Shown here piece after piece: positions 25,701-39,460 of a DNA stretch of 64,000 nt. Position numbers and translations under genes: made by a program. How positions within the stretch are numbered: the first letter of the stretch is position 1; each line of letters starts with the position of its first letter. Origin of the DNA: Perkinsus chesapeaki ATCC PRA-425 (Eukaryota > Protista > Perkinsozoa); assembly GCA_013115145.1 (NCBI GenBank), contig JAAPAO010000069.1, positions 29,800-93,799 on the forward strand, written 5' to 3'. The notes under the pieces are model-generated. The model ran no database searches and was not told where the DNA came from. It worked only from the letters and a program-made list of their open reading frames with translations.

Positions 25701-28700
25701 TTCATCCTGAACTCCAATCAATCCGCTCACCTCTGCCGCGGCCCGGCCCACCTGACAAGCTTGCCTCATCAAAGTAGAGAACACCCCATCAGTCCACTCC
25801 ATAGTGGTCAGGTCGTATGCGCCGTACAGCTCGTCCATGGTGATTGACTTCGGGTTAAGAACATAGTAAAGCACTCTATCGTACCCACCAACATTCCGCT
25901 TAGCCAGCCGACTCTTTGTCTCGGCCAGCACCTGATCGACGGCACCACGGGCAACAGCTAAGATAGACAACACTGCACTCACCTTCCAAGCGGTGCTTTT
26001 ACCGCCAAGACTCGCTCCAACAAGCATGTTACCGTGTCGTGTAATCTTGGTCTCGTACGTGTGGATGACCTAACATACAGGGTGATGCGAGAAAAGTCTG
26101 CCACCACATTTCTCTATGTAACGATTTTTTTCTTGAGCTATTACCCGGAACCTAATTCGAATATCGCAATGGTTCATGAGGCATTAGAAAGAGCTCGCAG
26201 AGAGCTTCAAGTTGGTACCTTACTTTACTCCTAACTCTCACTGGCCCAAAAATTATGAGGTATGGGCCCTTTTTTCGCATCACCCTACAGATACATTCAG
26301 CACCGCATATTAAGAGTTCAATATTCCAGATGGTATCCCTCACCTTGTGGACAGCATGGTCTGTCGGCTGCAGCTTGAAGTCGACTAGCACTTCCTTAAT
26401 ACCCTTTTCCAAATCGCCATAGTCCGGATCTGGCAGCTCCAGGCCAGGGAAGAGGTCTCCAAGCAGGGCCGTGTACAAAGGCTTATCCTGCATGGCCCGT
26501 CGATGATTAGAAAATACTGGTTGATCATCTTACCTGCGAAACCCACTTTGGGGCATTCATGTCGTTGATAGCCCTCATAAGTATCGCGGCTTCGCTCATC
26601 TCAGGCTCATTACGCTTCAATGCTCCGGCACAGTTCAAGACACTCTTGATGCTCCTTAGACCAAAGTCATAGTGATCCTGATGATGACCGAATGAAAAGT
26701 GAATCTCTCCACATGCCATCTCTACTAGGATAAAGAGGATAAATTAGAGCTACACAAGGTTATATTTCGCCTCGTACTTTGAATGACTTAACCATAATCG
26801 CCGTAGCACCGAACTTCGGTGCTATGGCGATAATGGTGACTTATAACATCTTATCTATACTAGCCCGAGCTGGGCCTCGGTGACCGAAGGCACGCTAAGA
26901 CTCAGCCGACTAGCCTAACCAACCTGTTTGCTCATCTGTTGGACCATCATTGTGTAAAGTGTAACCATCTTCTTAGCCAACGGCTTAAAGTCCATAAACC
27001 CTTCCGATACCAGCATAATCTCAGCAATCATTGCCAAGTCCGGCACCTATGCCACAACTGCTCCGCAACACTGTCCAACTTCGGACCATTCCTAATTACC
27101 ATCATAGCCACCGGTCTGAACAAGCTCTTCAGGTTATCCGGCAGTTCGCTTCGCCCTGCGTATCCTGGATTCATAGTGATGAACACCGCACAGTTCTTGT
27201 CCAGTTTAATCATATTCTCCTCGAACATAAACGTCTCCCTCTCCTCCCGAAGTGCCGTCTGCCAAACAACAGTTATGATCATCATCATCCTGCCCCCCCC
27301 CGAACCCCCGCCGTCCGAGGCCTACCTGAATGCAGAGGATCTGTGCCGCTACCACCGATAACACCTCAACCTCAATACGATTGAACTCATCAAAGCATCC
27401 CCAAGCTCCTGCTTGAGCAAGACCGCTGAACATTCTCCCCAGCGACTTGTAGTCCAGACCATCACTGCAATTGAAGACTATAACATACTTCGCCATACCC
27501 TTCCCCAAATCCTTCACCGATTCAGTTTTCCCCGTCCCCGCTGGCCCCTGAGGAGCTCCACCCCTCTTCAGATGCATGGCCGTGGTCAGTGTCATATAGC
27601 AACGGTCCGTCATCGGTGTTATAACCAACCTACCATTGTTGCCTTGATACTCATATCCGTATGGATTCGATGTGTTCGTCTGGAGCACCACACATGACAA
27701 CACCGGTGCCGCGTCCTTCTGCTGCCCTGTGAGTTCCAGCATACCAGTCACGATGGCAGGATCCCCTCGACCGTTCTCCATTTCCCTCAGCTCAAACCGG
27801 AGCTGAGACAGCCAATTGAAGTGCTGTGGGGATTCACACTTGAGCGCAATGAGTCTTTCTTGCACGTCTCTAGCATGCACCTCGATAGTAATCAGCGCCA
27901 CCACTTTGTTCCTGTCCACCTTGCTCAGCGGCGTCCGTATCATATCCGTCAACTTAGCGATGGTCTTGGTCTGTCTCTTCCTGCATACCCTCATCGCGCT
28001 CTTGCTCCCTTCAGCCACCTTCCCCAGCGCTGTCTGGCAGCTCATCGTCCACGCAATTTGGCCGGCGGTAATTAAAAGCTGCCCCGGAAACTTCAGTACC
28101 CACTTGTCCTTCTTCAAGCCCTTCGGTGGGGAACAATTAGACTGCTGGCAAGTAACCAGCAGCTTCAGTAGCGTATCTTTCATCCGCCGTTCAACCTGTG
28201 ATAACCAGCCCTCCACTGGCGGGTCCAGCACCACCGACTTCGAAAACGGCACTTTCTCACCATCCGGCGAAATCATGCCCACCGCCTCGTACACCGTCTT
28301 TTTGTCCTGACTTGTCTTCACCAAATCGAGCACCTTGATTCCCTCGAAGCACTTTTTGATGTGCTTCTGGACCAACTCTGGCTCCTTCGCTTGTCCCAGG
28401 ATTTCCAGCAGATCGTCATTCGACAGAAAATAGAACCGCGGAAACAGAGTCCGCTTTCGCTCCAAGTAGTCGTCCAGAGCCTTCTGGATCTTCTCCAGCT
28501 TCTCCATGAAATCATTCAAGTCCTTCAACATTTTCCCGCTCTTCTCGCCCGCACAGGACGCTATAGCGTTCGGCCTGTTGTAGATAGCTCGCAGCATCTT
28601 CGGGAATCCTGCATTCACATCGTCGAACCATGCGCTCTCCGTGGGCAGGTGCGGCCGGATATCATCGCTGCCGACAAAGATGTTTTCCAGGTACATCCAG

Positions 28701-31700
28701 GACCGCTGAACAGCTAGAATCGTCTCGACAATCTCACTGACATTGGCCAGCATCTGCTCCCACTTTTCAACCTTCTCAGCGAACGGTAAGTAGAACTGCG
28801 AGCTCTTCATGTCCGACAACTTGAGCACGTGCTCCTCGAGTGTTTGGAACAACTCCTCCGTACCTTGCGCAAAGCCAGTCAACCGAGCAGAGGGATGAAT
28901 CCGTACCCTACAACTTGGCGTATCATATGAAACCCGATCGACTACTATAATATTAATCGAACATTGAGCCCCGAACAGTAGTAGTACTATTGTTCGGGGA
29001 CTAGGGAGTGAAGAGCAACGGGGGATACAAGACGACGCTTATTCAAGTGGATAAAGCACGCAGGAACATTCAAACGCATCCTTTCTTAATGCTCCTTAGT
29101 GACTCCCTGATCCCTATCCACCTACTCTTTATTTTAACATAAGTCTGTTTATACTCTCCCATTTCTATCTCCATACTTGCCCATACCCCTTCGATCATTT
29201 CCAGACTCGACTCTATCTCATACTGCTTCCGGGCCTCATCAGCCAGTCTAGCAACCAGTTCGGAGTGCTTATGCAGCTCCAGCTCGAACACCTGATAATC
29301 CTCGTGAACTGGAGGCGGGCGAACACAAGCGCACCTTTCCTAGAGTGAAGTCCTCCCCCTGAGGATCGAACTCGCGACCTATCTCCTCCATAATCGCCTT
29401 CCAGTGACGCTCTCGCATCGCATCGGACCTCAACAATAAGTACTCGTACCAACCTCATCACCAGAAGCGCACCTCAGATTGGTGATGAGCGGCATTGCCA
29501 CTCTGAACTCGTCTATCCCCTTCTTCAAGTTCTGCCACACGCCCCAGTTACCCATACTCCCCCTCAACTTCACACACTACAAACGAGCCAGTAAGCCCCT
29601 CCCCCACTTCTTCACACAAGTCCCACCTTCTTCTGGTACCCTGTCGCCATAGCATCCATATCCTCCACCTACAGCAGCAGCAGCAGCAACAGCATCAACT
29701 AACGATGCACTAGGCCCTCCCAACCACCTGAAGATCTCTGAACTGAGCCCTCCTGATCTCCTCCATTTGATCATCCCAATCAGCTCGGTAGCCCCAAATA
29801 GTCTTCAACGATTCCACTTGTTCGCTCATTTTCTCCAGCTCCTTGTACACAGTCACCTACCAACCCCCGCTGTCTTCACTCGCCACAATAGCATTGCTAC
29901 ATCCATCTTGAACAGGTCTAGGTTGGCCAGGAACTCCGCCTCCTGCTTCCTCGCCCGTCTCAGGTCCTCTGTAAAATCATCCAACATATCCATAGCCGCG
30001 GCGGTATCGGTGCCCTCAGAAGAGAAGGGAGCCTAACACAGAAAATGATACACACGCCTCATCGAACGCTTCCTGACCCGTTTGCCGAAGTTTTCAAACA
30101 GTCCCTTCACCGTGGACGCGAAAGACTGAAGCTCGTTCTCAAGCTGGACCTTCATCACCTTCTTGCTTTTGGATAATATCTACCACATCGTAACCCTGTC
30201 GTACAGCCTCCTACCTCTTCCCTCACCGACCTCCTCCGCCTCTGTCAAACTGTCCTTGAAGTGCTCCAAGCGAGGCCTCATCGAGACCCGACGGGCGGTC
30301 TCAACCTCGCTGGTGTTCACCTCGAAATCAGTCAGCTTCTTATACCTGCACAGTAGCGCCAAGATCGCTGGGGCTCCTCCTCCTGCTGCTACTGCTGCTG
30401 CTTGCAGTCTCTCCTAGGCTACTATACAATTGCTAAAGCTTACATATCCTCCACTGGACGAATCCTTTCATCCATAGTCTCCACATCATTCGAGCAGGTA
30501 TCCAAGAGCTGGATGCGGTCCCGAAGCTGGTCAAAGTTGCGAGGTGTCGATAGCAACACTCTGGTATTGTTGGTGAAGTACCTGCCAATAACGAATTCAC
30601 AATACACCGACCACGTAAGAGATCTCTGTTGGAGCGTGTATGCATTCCAACGTACATGTTTCACCCTCTCGTTCGCCAATACATTCACACGAAAAGAGCT
30701 ACTCTGAAATTCCACTGAATTTTGTGTGTCACTCGTTCCGACACTTCGCTCCCTCTTAGGATCTGACCGCGCAGCTCACCCAAGTATCGAATCCAGCTGC
30801 TCCTTAGCATTCTTGTGCAGCAGTTCAGTGAGCTTAGCATGCCACTGCTGACAATGCTTGATCAGCTCGTTCTTCAGCTGGGTAAAGTCGGCATCAATGA
30901 ACCCTACAACCACCTTTAGATCCTCTTGTTGGATGTCCAACTGTAGATCCTTATATCTGACAACCAAGAAGTGATAGGCTAGGCTTATTCATACACACAA
31001 CCTTCGCCAACTTTGACAAGAGTGCCCCACCAACCACCTACGCCCGGCAAAGTGGATGAGATAGATCCAGTGACAATGTATAGTATACATGTAGTAGGGG
31101 TATACAACATTATACAGTATACCCCTACCTTCCGTATAACTCACCTCTGTATATCAGCTGCCACAACATGCAGTGGTCTTTCAGTCTTTGCATAGCGTCG
31201 TATAAAGGCATCTTTGTCTTGGCTTATTATTGGCTGATAACTCGTGTTCCACCATTTCAGTCTGTCTCCCAGTTGCACCGCGCTCTGGTTGAAGCCCTTA
31301 AGAATCTCCTTAACATACCTAGTAGAAGACAATCCCCCTCCGCCTCCTCCTGCTTCCCTCTCACTTTATAACGCATTCGTCATCCTTCGACACGTCTTCA
31401 AAATATGTGCCCTTGCTCGTCAATGACTCCTCGAATGCTGCATCCTAATATACAGTACAGCTTGAACAGCTGACACTTACAATATTCATACAAGGCTAGC
31501 ACGGGAGCATGCCATGCATTCCGAGTAGCGAAATGCAGCTCCGGGGAGCGATAGCGATAATCGAGAAATACACTCTACGGGAGGAATATAGCATTCTCTG
31601 CTGAACTAGGCGATACAAGTGGCTAGAATGACATCCCTGCAACAACAATAGTTAATATCACTACAATGTATAGTTACATAGGGAATCACCCCCTATGCAA

Positions 31701-34700
31701 ATAATCATATAACTGTCCTATTATACGGTAATACTGGAAGATGACTATTAAGTCAGCCTGGCCAGCCCCCCCCCCCCCTTCCTCACATCCGCTGCACTTG
31801 GAATAATTATCGTAGCCGCCTCTGTTGTATCCCCTTGCTTTATTAACTGCTCCTTCTTCTTAATATCATTAGCAATCTACCATTACCATACAAACCCACA
31901 TCCCCTTCCAGTTCTACCTTTTGCTGTCTAAAGTGCCTTGGCAGCCTCGCCACTACGGTCAATGTTGTCGTCATATCTCGGCAAACCTATTCCCCAACCT
32001 CATACCGCCGCTCCGCTCCTCAACACCCACATTTTGAAGCAGTTCCTTCAATTGGTTCATCGACGGGTTAAAGTCCATCCGATGCCCCTCCAACATAGCA
32101 AAGAGCTTGAACAGAGGAGTGACCTCGGTCTTGCTATCACCATTCAACGCCCGACTCAGTTCTCTCAGGCTGTTCTTCATCGACCTCTTGAGAGCCTCCA
32201 ATACGACCATATCAATAGACTCGACATAGCGACGCCACTCCCGCTGAATTTCCGGTGGATGTGTCTGATTAACAAGATGCATCACCCTACCGACCCTTTA
32301 CCCCACTCGACTAGAGATAATCTGTGACATTTTTATTCCTAATGGCGACATGCTAACAAACACCAACGTACCGATGCCGGAATATGTTGTACAGCTATCC
32401 AGAGCTCCCGATATGATCTCATACAGTATGTCAACCTACCTTCATATCACCATGTCAAGCTATCTGGTACATTCTAGAGCAAGCCAGCCAGCGCTTTAGA
32501 AGATATATTGGATTACCGAGCTCAGATTCTTCCCCCAGAGCAACCAATAAGTTCTCCTATATACTACCTCGAAGAACTGATATGTCCTTAGTAGCAGATC
32601 TGTTATCCTCTGATGATGCTGTACTAGATACCCTTCAACATGGCTCTTATAGCTCGACTGCATCTGCTGGAACTCTGACGCTCGATAAGCCACCTTCTTT
32701 TCTATCCTTATTAGCAGCTTGCTCTCTATGGCCGCACATGACTCCATAATTTTAGCATGATTAGACTTGTACTGCATAACAATATCATGGAGCTTCGAGC
32801 ATTCTTTACAGGCGCCTCGAACGAAGAACTCCTTGATGCCTTGGGATGTCCAAGTGTATCTGCTGTAACAGTACGCAACTGCTAACACTGATCAAGAATA
32901 TCTAACAAAAACCTGATACTGATAATACCAATCAGACTCACTAATAGATGAACAACGTTCAAAAAGGCTACGAGGCTTTTGGGGCCGTTTAACAACCTTA
33001 TTTGGAAATTGACCTTTGTGTCAGCTTCTTGTAGAATCTATTCTGAAACGGCCTATCGCCACCCGACTCAGTCAACAGAGGATCAGTCTTCCCCTACTCC
33101 ACGCCTCACCAATACCAACAGCTGATACCCCAGCTAAAATGACCTGCCGCTTACTTTTGTATCCCTGGGCCGATCTTCCTATCCAAGTTCCTCAAATGCT
33201 GCGTGAAGAGCTTCCTCTCCAATGGTGACAATGCCTCTATTATATCGTTATATTCCCTCACAACCCTCATAACGTGCTCCCGGAGGATCCTCATCTGCTC
33301 TCTATGGGTCGACAAGTCGTGGGCAGCATACGGCACGACTATCCCTGAGCCAACGTCTGCTTCAAAGCATCCCCTTCCCCCGCCCCCTCACCAGCGCCTT
33401 GAATCTTCTCCCAGTAATACACTTCCTTGAGGACCCTCGAAAGCCCCTTATCGAAGTTATTTTCAATCAGATAACCTCTTGGCCCAGTCATTGCCGTTGC
33501 TGGCACATTCCGATTGCCGTCATCAGGCCTACCACGCCAGCTGTCCAACTACCACCTTCAGCTCTCCAGCGCTTACCGGCAAATCAGGCTCTGTGTCAGA
33601 CGCTTAGGAAGATCCTCCCCCCCCATCGCCTTCAGTTCATTATGCCACTCATTAAAGGTCTGCTGGGAAATGCAGCAAGAAGCTTCCTGTGAGTCCTCAC
33701 CTGGACAGCATAGCCCTCCAGCTGGGCGCATAGATTCTGGAACCCCTCTCGAGCCGTTGTCTGCTCCTTCGAGTCAGCCAACACGCCCCCTTCTATCAGC
33801 TCGTCGATCGCCTAACAGTCCCCTCAGCTTAACCCTAACCGAGCCCACAGCTACCTCCCATTGGCGCTGCAGTCTAAGTATCACTCCCTTCGCCCACAGA
33901 GCTTGTCCTGCATACTCAGGGTGCTCCGCAGCTACTGGCAGCAAAGGGTGCTTTCGGAACTGCTCAAATTCTCTCTTAATAGCAGCTTGTTCACCGACAA
34001 AGATGCCATACCTGCAGTCAACACCTGCCGGACTAGAGCTCAAGCTCGTCTCGACTTACACTGTAGACGATTTCCTCTGAACAAATGCCATCACTCTTTC
34101 CCTCTTCGCCAAAGTGTAAAAGTTGTATATTAAATCGCACGCCGACTCCACAGTAGACACGTTCTCAAACGCCGAGTTAATAACGTTGGTGTACATAATC
34201 TGACATGGAAGCCGATCGCTGAAGAAGCCATAGACGAACGACAAACATCGCCCGCAGTTGCCAGGCAGCAACCGGGCCTTCCCAGCTCAGCCCTATAATG
34301 GCCTCACCGCGTCAAACGCTATAGGAAACATACTCCTCAGTGCTTACAGATACAAAAGGTGTCCGTCCGACTTTCCAGAAATTCCTCAAAACATTCTTCC
34401 CACATCAACATATTCTTGCACAAGACAGTTGACATTTGACTCTGTGCGAGAGATCTATTTCCCGGCGAACTTCCTATTATATTTCCACCCACCTACTTCC
34501 AGATCCTTCATCTGTAGCTTCACGAAGCCATAATCCTCATGCCACTTGCCTGCCCTCACATCTAGTATATCGTACTCTGCCGTCCATAACCTATCCACAT
34601 GCCGCAAAAAGGTAAACTCGATCTCGCTCAGACTTTTCGTTATCTCATGCGCCTTCGTACCTTCCAGCAACGACAACCCTCATCGAAAACGCCACGTGCT

Positions 34701-36609
34701 GCTCACCAGTGAAGACTGGGAAATCCCGTCCAAGACTCATCAGGGCGAACTGCTCCCTGCCAACACACACATCAGTGAGGTCAGAGCACCTCTGAATAAA
34801 GGCGTCCACCTGACAACAACTGACTCCAAGCACTCAGCACCTCGACCAGCCGCTACCTGGGCAAATATGGAGCCCTCAGGAAAGTCCCAAGGCTTGGCCC
34901 TCTTGTCAGCAGCAATCAGTCTCACAGTACGGTCGTACGCCTCTCGCCAGGCTCTACCACAGCTCATGCTATCAGCAAGGCTCTTCTTTGCCTCTTCGAT
35001 ATGCGGACCTGCACCAACCGTGAATTCTTCCGGGTGCGCAGTAACCCCTACCATGAAAGACACTTTCGATCTGGATGCCCTGCTGGCATCGGTAAATGAT
35101 CTCATTACTCACTCTCCTCAACAGCCCAACTATCCTATCCTGTGTGTTGTAGTGAGTACTTATGGACCACACAAGTCGAATGCAATTGAGTATCTTAGGC
35201 AACAAGGCAGCCACTTCCGCTGGGCCCGCCTCCGCCAGCTCCAGGCACGGCTCCCTGAGTACCTGATCAACACCATCCCAACACCTGAGGAGCCTCGACC
35301 CTCACTGATAGGAACTTAAGGTTATCTCGAGCTTCCAAACTGCCTTTATGAATGACGTCCTCCAACGACTTGAACTGCTTCAGATAAGAGCTCTTCGCCG
35401 CCTCCAGAACCGTCAGCACTCGCTGGAGCTCTGCTGATTGAAGCTGGCCATGAAGCTTCGACAGATCGATATCTCGCAACCTCCAAAGCTCTATTTCTCC
35501 TAGAGGACCTGTTCCGAGGAATAGAGGACTCCTGCAGAAATATACAATGTCCGATGTTTCTCACGGGAGCACATTTTCCAATGGAAAATGACCCCAATAA
35601 GAAAACTATTTTTCGCCTCGATGAGCAGCACATTTCCACGACGTAAGATTATCCCTACCGAATGCAAGTAGCCTGTATCCCATCACTCACCTTGATTTGC
35701 AGGATCCTCTGACTCTCCTCCAAGTGCCCCTCCTTGTGAACTAGTGACATCCCTAATCTGTCGTGTCTGTTGCAATATACCTTACCCCACAGACCGGACC
35801 CCCTGACCTATTCTTACCCAGTGTATCAGACAACTCTCCAAACGCTGCACCAAGTCCTTATCCTTACTCACCGCCTCGACATCGTTCAAGTCATCTACAG
35901 GCACATACAGCACCGTAGTGCCCTTGGCCAAGTTGGCAGCTTCGATCGTGGATGACAGGAAGTTTTGGAACTGATCACCCCAACCAGCTCGCAATCGGCA
36001 ACCACTTCACTCCTCCACCTGCTCCGTGAACTCCTTTCGTATATTTTCAGGCCATCCATGGGCATGCGTTACCATAGGAGCGTACACCGAGTTTAAAACC
36101 ATCATTGGGCCTTCTCGTAACAAGTCGCTCTTCACCACAGTGAACATGACCACATCCTGACAGACAGCTACACCTCCCTGTTGCCGTCGTCGCCTTACCG
36201 ATATATTCTCCTTGTTGCAGGCTGTTCTAGATCTCTTATAGAAAAGAGCGAATTGCTTAGCACGTCCAGTATGAATTGCCTTCGGCAGCCTCTCAGCCAC
36301 GCCGACTTTCGCCTCGGATTCACCTAAGCTTTGAGCTTCACTCATATCTCTTAGCAAATCTCACGAGTGTGTTTGAAGATCTTCACGGTGCCATCCCCCT
36401 TCTGCCACACGTACAAGCTCACAGCATCAGGATTGATCGCCCAGTCAAAGACTTTCTTGGCAACTCGTTCAGTCCAGTTGTCCTCAGATACCCCTAGACC
36501 CATCCGTAAAAGCATTGGCAACCTACAGCGACAACTCACCTGGCAGCTGCAGTCGTGCAAGGAACCAGGCGGAGCAGGAGGCGACGTCAAATGCAGTACT
36601 CACTGTCAT
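16709..36609 (-). CDS. DNAH2: Axonemal dynein heavy chain, inner-arm I1/f beta type (DNAH2-like), dozens of short introns
   Basis: P1 [52 protein letters not shown]2 GASLGGKS, P3 GHTGTGKT, P4 GVGGSGR. Stalk/[19 protein letters not shown]5 [22 protein letters not shown]6 [10 protein letters not shown]-terminus [13 protein letters not shown] is DNAH2-like. The N-terminal tail (DHC_N1-type, ESCLIHW) is present. Start ATG at 36609 is inferred ([12 protein letters not shown]). Confidence 0.92.
26078..26287. mobile_element. Internally deleted MITE (Tc1/mariner-type termini) inside a dynein intron
   Basis: TA|CAGGGTGATGCGAGAAAAG is joined directly to a roughly 190 bp arm that matches the right TIR of the 40109-40697 element, ending TTTTTCGCATCACCCT. 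Confidence 0.88.
26791..26837. repeat. Imperfect palindrome (23 bp arms, 1 nt spacer) in a long dynein intron
   Basis: ACCATAATCGCCGTAGCACCGAA-C-TTCGGTGCTATGGCGATAATGGT, with two mismatches. Confidence 0.85.
28969..28999. repeat. Palindrome (15 bp arms, 1 nt spacer) in a long dynein intron
   Basis: CCCCGAACAGTAGTA-G-TACTATTGTTCGGGG, with one mismatch. Confidence 0.75.
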
Positions 36610-36812
36610 CCAACAGAGACTGCAGTGTTAGACTTTCAATAGACTAATTGACGATCTCATAAACGCAAAGCACCGAGGATCTTAAGAAGTGCCAGCAGGC
36701 TCATCAACGGCAGCATGGGAGAGTGTCAGAACAATGCTGGATGATGCGGTATCATGTGACACCTCAAAATGGCTGAGTAGCCATCGAACCCGCTCCGAAT
36801 TGGAATACGTAT

Positions 36813-39460
36813 CTATTGCGCATCGTGAAGAATCCGAAGATACCTTCGTCTCTCGCGCGCCATGAAACTGCCATGAATCTTACCTATTGCCTTTATATCG
36901 GTAAGATCAACCTTCATCGCTCCCACTGCCCCCGACTCCCCATCGTAGGCAGTGGCGTAGAACAGTACGGGTGTGTACTGATAGACAGTAACAGTGGCAT
37001 CTCCAATGGTAGCCGAGCCTATCACAGCCAAACTGAAACCTGCAGCAAATGAAGCAACAAATTCTCACCAGAGGGCTCGGGAATAATTAGCCGCTTCGAG
37101 CCTTCCTCTTCGTCATCCTCTTCCACCAGGCCTAGTAACGTTACCACTTCAGACACCCATGAGGTATCTTCTGGATCGCAGTCTTGATAGTATCTAAGCT
37201 CGAAGCTCGCCTTCAACAAGAAGCCACAGAAAAGCAGGTACTCGGGGTCCACTGTCATCGTGTAGGTCATGCCCTCTAATGTGGCCAATACCTCTTTCGA
37301 GCCTTCTTCGCCAGATTGACGCTCTATCACCGACACCTAAAGCACATGCGGATGATATAATATCTGAACTAACAAGCCTTGAGTGCATGAACTCCCCCCA
37401 GAGGTAGAGAGCTGCCAATCGTGGACAGCACAGTAGCTTTCAGCAACCACATTAGTATGATGGGATTCGCCATAATGAGACTGGGAGTCTCATCAGTAGC
37501 AATACCAAACCAAAGCTCAACGTTAATACTGAGTTCCCACCCACCTCCACCGTCTCGCCAGTATTAATCTCCTGTGTCCCCTTGTACAATATCTTGTACC
37601 CTTCATCCCTCAATAGCCACTTCTCAGTCAGCGATCTTGTCAACGTGCCCGCCAACTCCCTCGTCTCCTTCGCCTCAACGCTGGACCTCTTTACGGTCTC
37701 AACCTCCGTGACATTCTCCTGCTCTTCCTCTTCAGTATTTCCCACAGGTTCCTTCTCATTCTCCTCGACAACAGCAGCGCCCGCCAGTAGACGGTTCTGC
37801 TTCTCTGTTGTTTCACTTAGTCGTGTAACCTTGTTCTCCAGCTCAAATATCTCAGCCAGCCTCGCCTCGGCCAGATCGCGCCATTGTGTGAGATCTGTCT
37901 CCAAAGACGCGTTCTCCTCCTTATAACGATCCATGCTCTTCCGCAAAGCCCTGCACTCCGAGTCCAGCTTGCTCATCAGCTGCTCGGCGCCTACCAATAG
38001 CATCCAGCAGAGGCGAACACAAAGGCGGTAGCGGCTGCTGACCTTCGCTTCCTTCTCCTAGCATCATATAGCGTTGTTCAAACGCTCGCAGTTCAAGCTC
38101 AAAATCGTCATCTCCGAGAACGGGCGTGTCGACAGGCGGGATAGCGAGATTCTCTTGCTCGCTGCTTGCACCTATTCACCCGTTAAGGGCCACACGGTTC
38201 CCAGTGCCCACCGTTCTTTGGCGACTTCCTCTCACTTTTCACCACTTGGACTGTTCCCTGCTGCAGTAGAGACCCTATCGATACAAAGATTCTCTGACAC
38301 CAATAGGATTTGTCTTCACCATTGACCAGTAGTTTATTAGACTCCTTTAGAGTCCCTATTTGCCTGTTGGCTGTATTAAGCTTCAATGCCAAAGAGTTCC
38401 GTTCGCTCTGCAAAGCTGTTACCTGCTGTCGGAGCTCTCGAACCTGAACACCGCCCGTGCTGGCGAAGAATCCAAAAGAATAGAAGATGCCCCCAGGTCA
38501 TCCAGAGCACGGGAGAGTCTCACATAGAAGGCGCTGGCAAATTAAAGTACGGAAGAAGTAGTTCTACCAGTAGTTGTAATAGGATCAGTAGCTGCACCGT
38601 AATCACGCCACACTATTATTACCTTCGCGCCAAGCCTCATCTTTTCCCTATAGGCATCATCTCGCTGAAGCACCGCCCTTCCTAGCCTTTCGACCAGATC
38701 AGCGCTCTCAGTGAGTTTAAACTGCTGCTTGCCTCCCCGAGCACACTCCAGCGCTCTCTGCAGTAGGCGAACTTCATGTGTGAAGCTTTTGCTCATACTG
38801 AACAGCAATCCGCGCGCCACAAAATTCCACTTCGCTTACTCAGTAAGATGTTTATTGGCCTCTTCCGCCGTTTTCTGCCAATACCGCAGCTCCTCTGTGT
38901 TGTTCGACGTCTCATCCCCCAGACACTCTGCTCTCGCCTTCAGCGCTTCCATCTCACTCTTCAACCGACTGGCGTCCGTCCTATAGGACCTCTTCTTTAC
39001 CTAGATAACACTCTACAAGCTCCAAGGCAGACTCAGCGGGGCCGAGAGATTATATTAACATACTTCATCATCACTGACATTATCAGTAAGCGACAGCAAC
39101 GAGCTAGTGAGATTCCATTAACTTTTTGTAAACATAAAGTAACTGTGCATGATGAGTGCGTACACTGCCACAAGATGCATGACACGCGTACAAGGTGAGA
39201 CATTTGAAAGCCTATGGGATGATACTGCCTGGAACTCGCCAGGGAACTCGTGATTGGCTCAATATCATTCCAAGTCGTGCGCCAGATTGCGTATCAGAAA
39301 CAACCCCTCGAGTTTCGATGCCCAAGCCTTCGCTCCCAAAACCGTCTCCCAGCACTTTGCAGAGCGCAAGCTCCTCCTCTAAGAGCCGCATTCTCTCCCT
39401 CATCTTCTCTTTATCCCTAAGGCTTCTTTCCAACCTTTCATTCATAACCGCCAAGGCCAC
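36813..39460 (-). CDS. Hypothetical multi-exon coiled-coil protein (may be more than one gene)
   Basis: Heptad-rich charged exons (ERLERSLRDKEKMRERMRLLEEEL; SKLDSECRALRKSMDRYKEENASLETDL) plus a globular C-terminal part, separated by GT-AG introns. Confidence 0.5.

Noticed and set aside
26034-26234. ORFs 26034-26234, 39904-40185 and 40396-40650 with mutually similar peptides
   Set aside because: They translate the MITE terminal inverted repeats, not proteins.
16716-36642. Dozens of plus-strand ORFs of 60-257 aa
   Set aside because: Antisense shadows of dynein exons with no recognisable domains.
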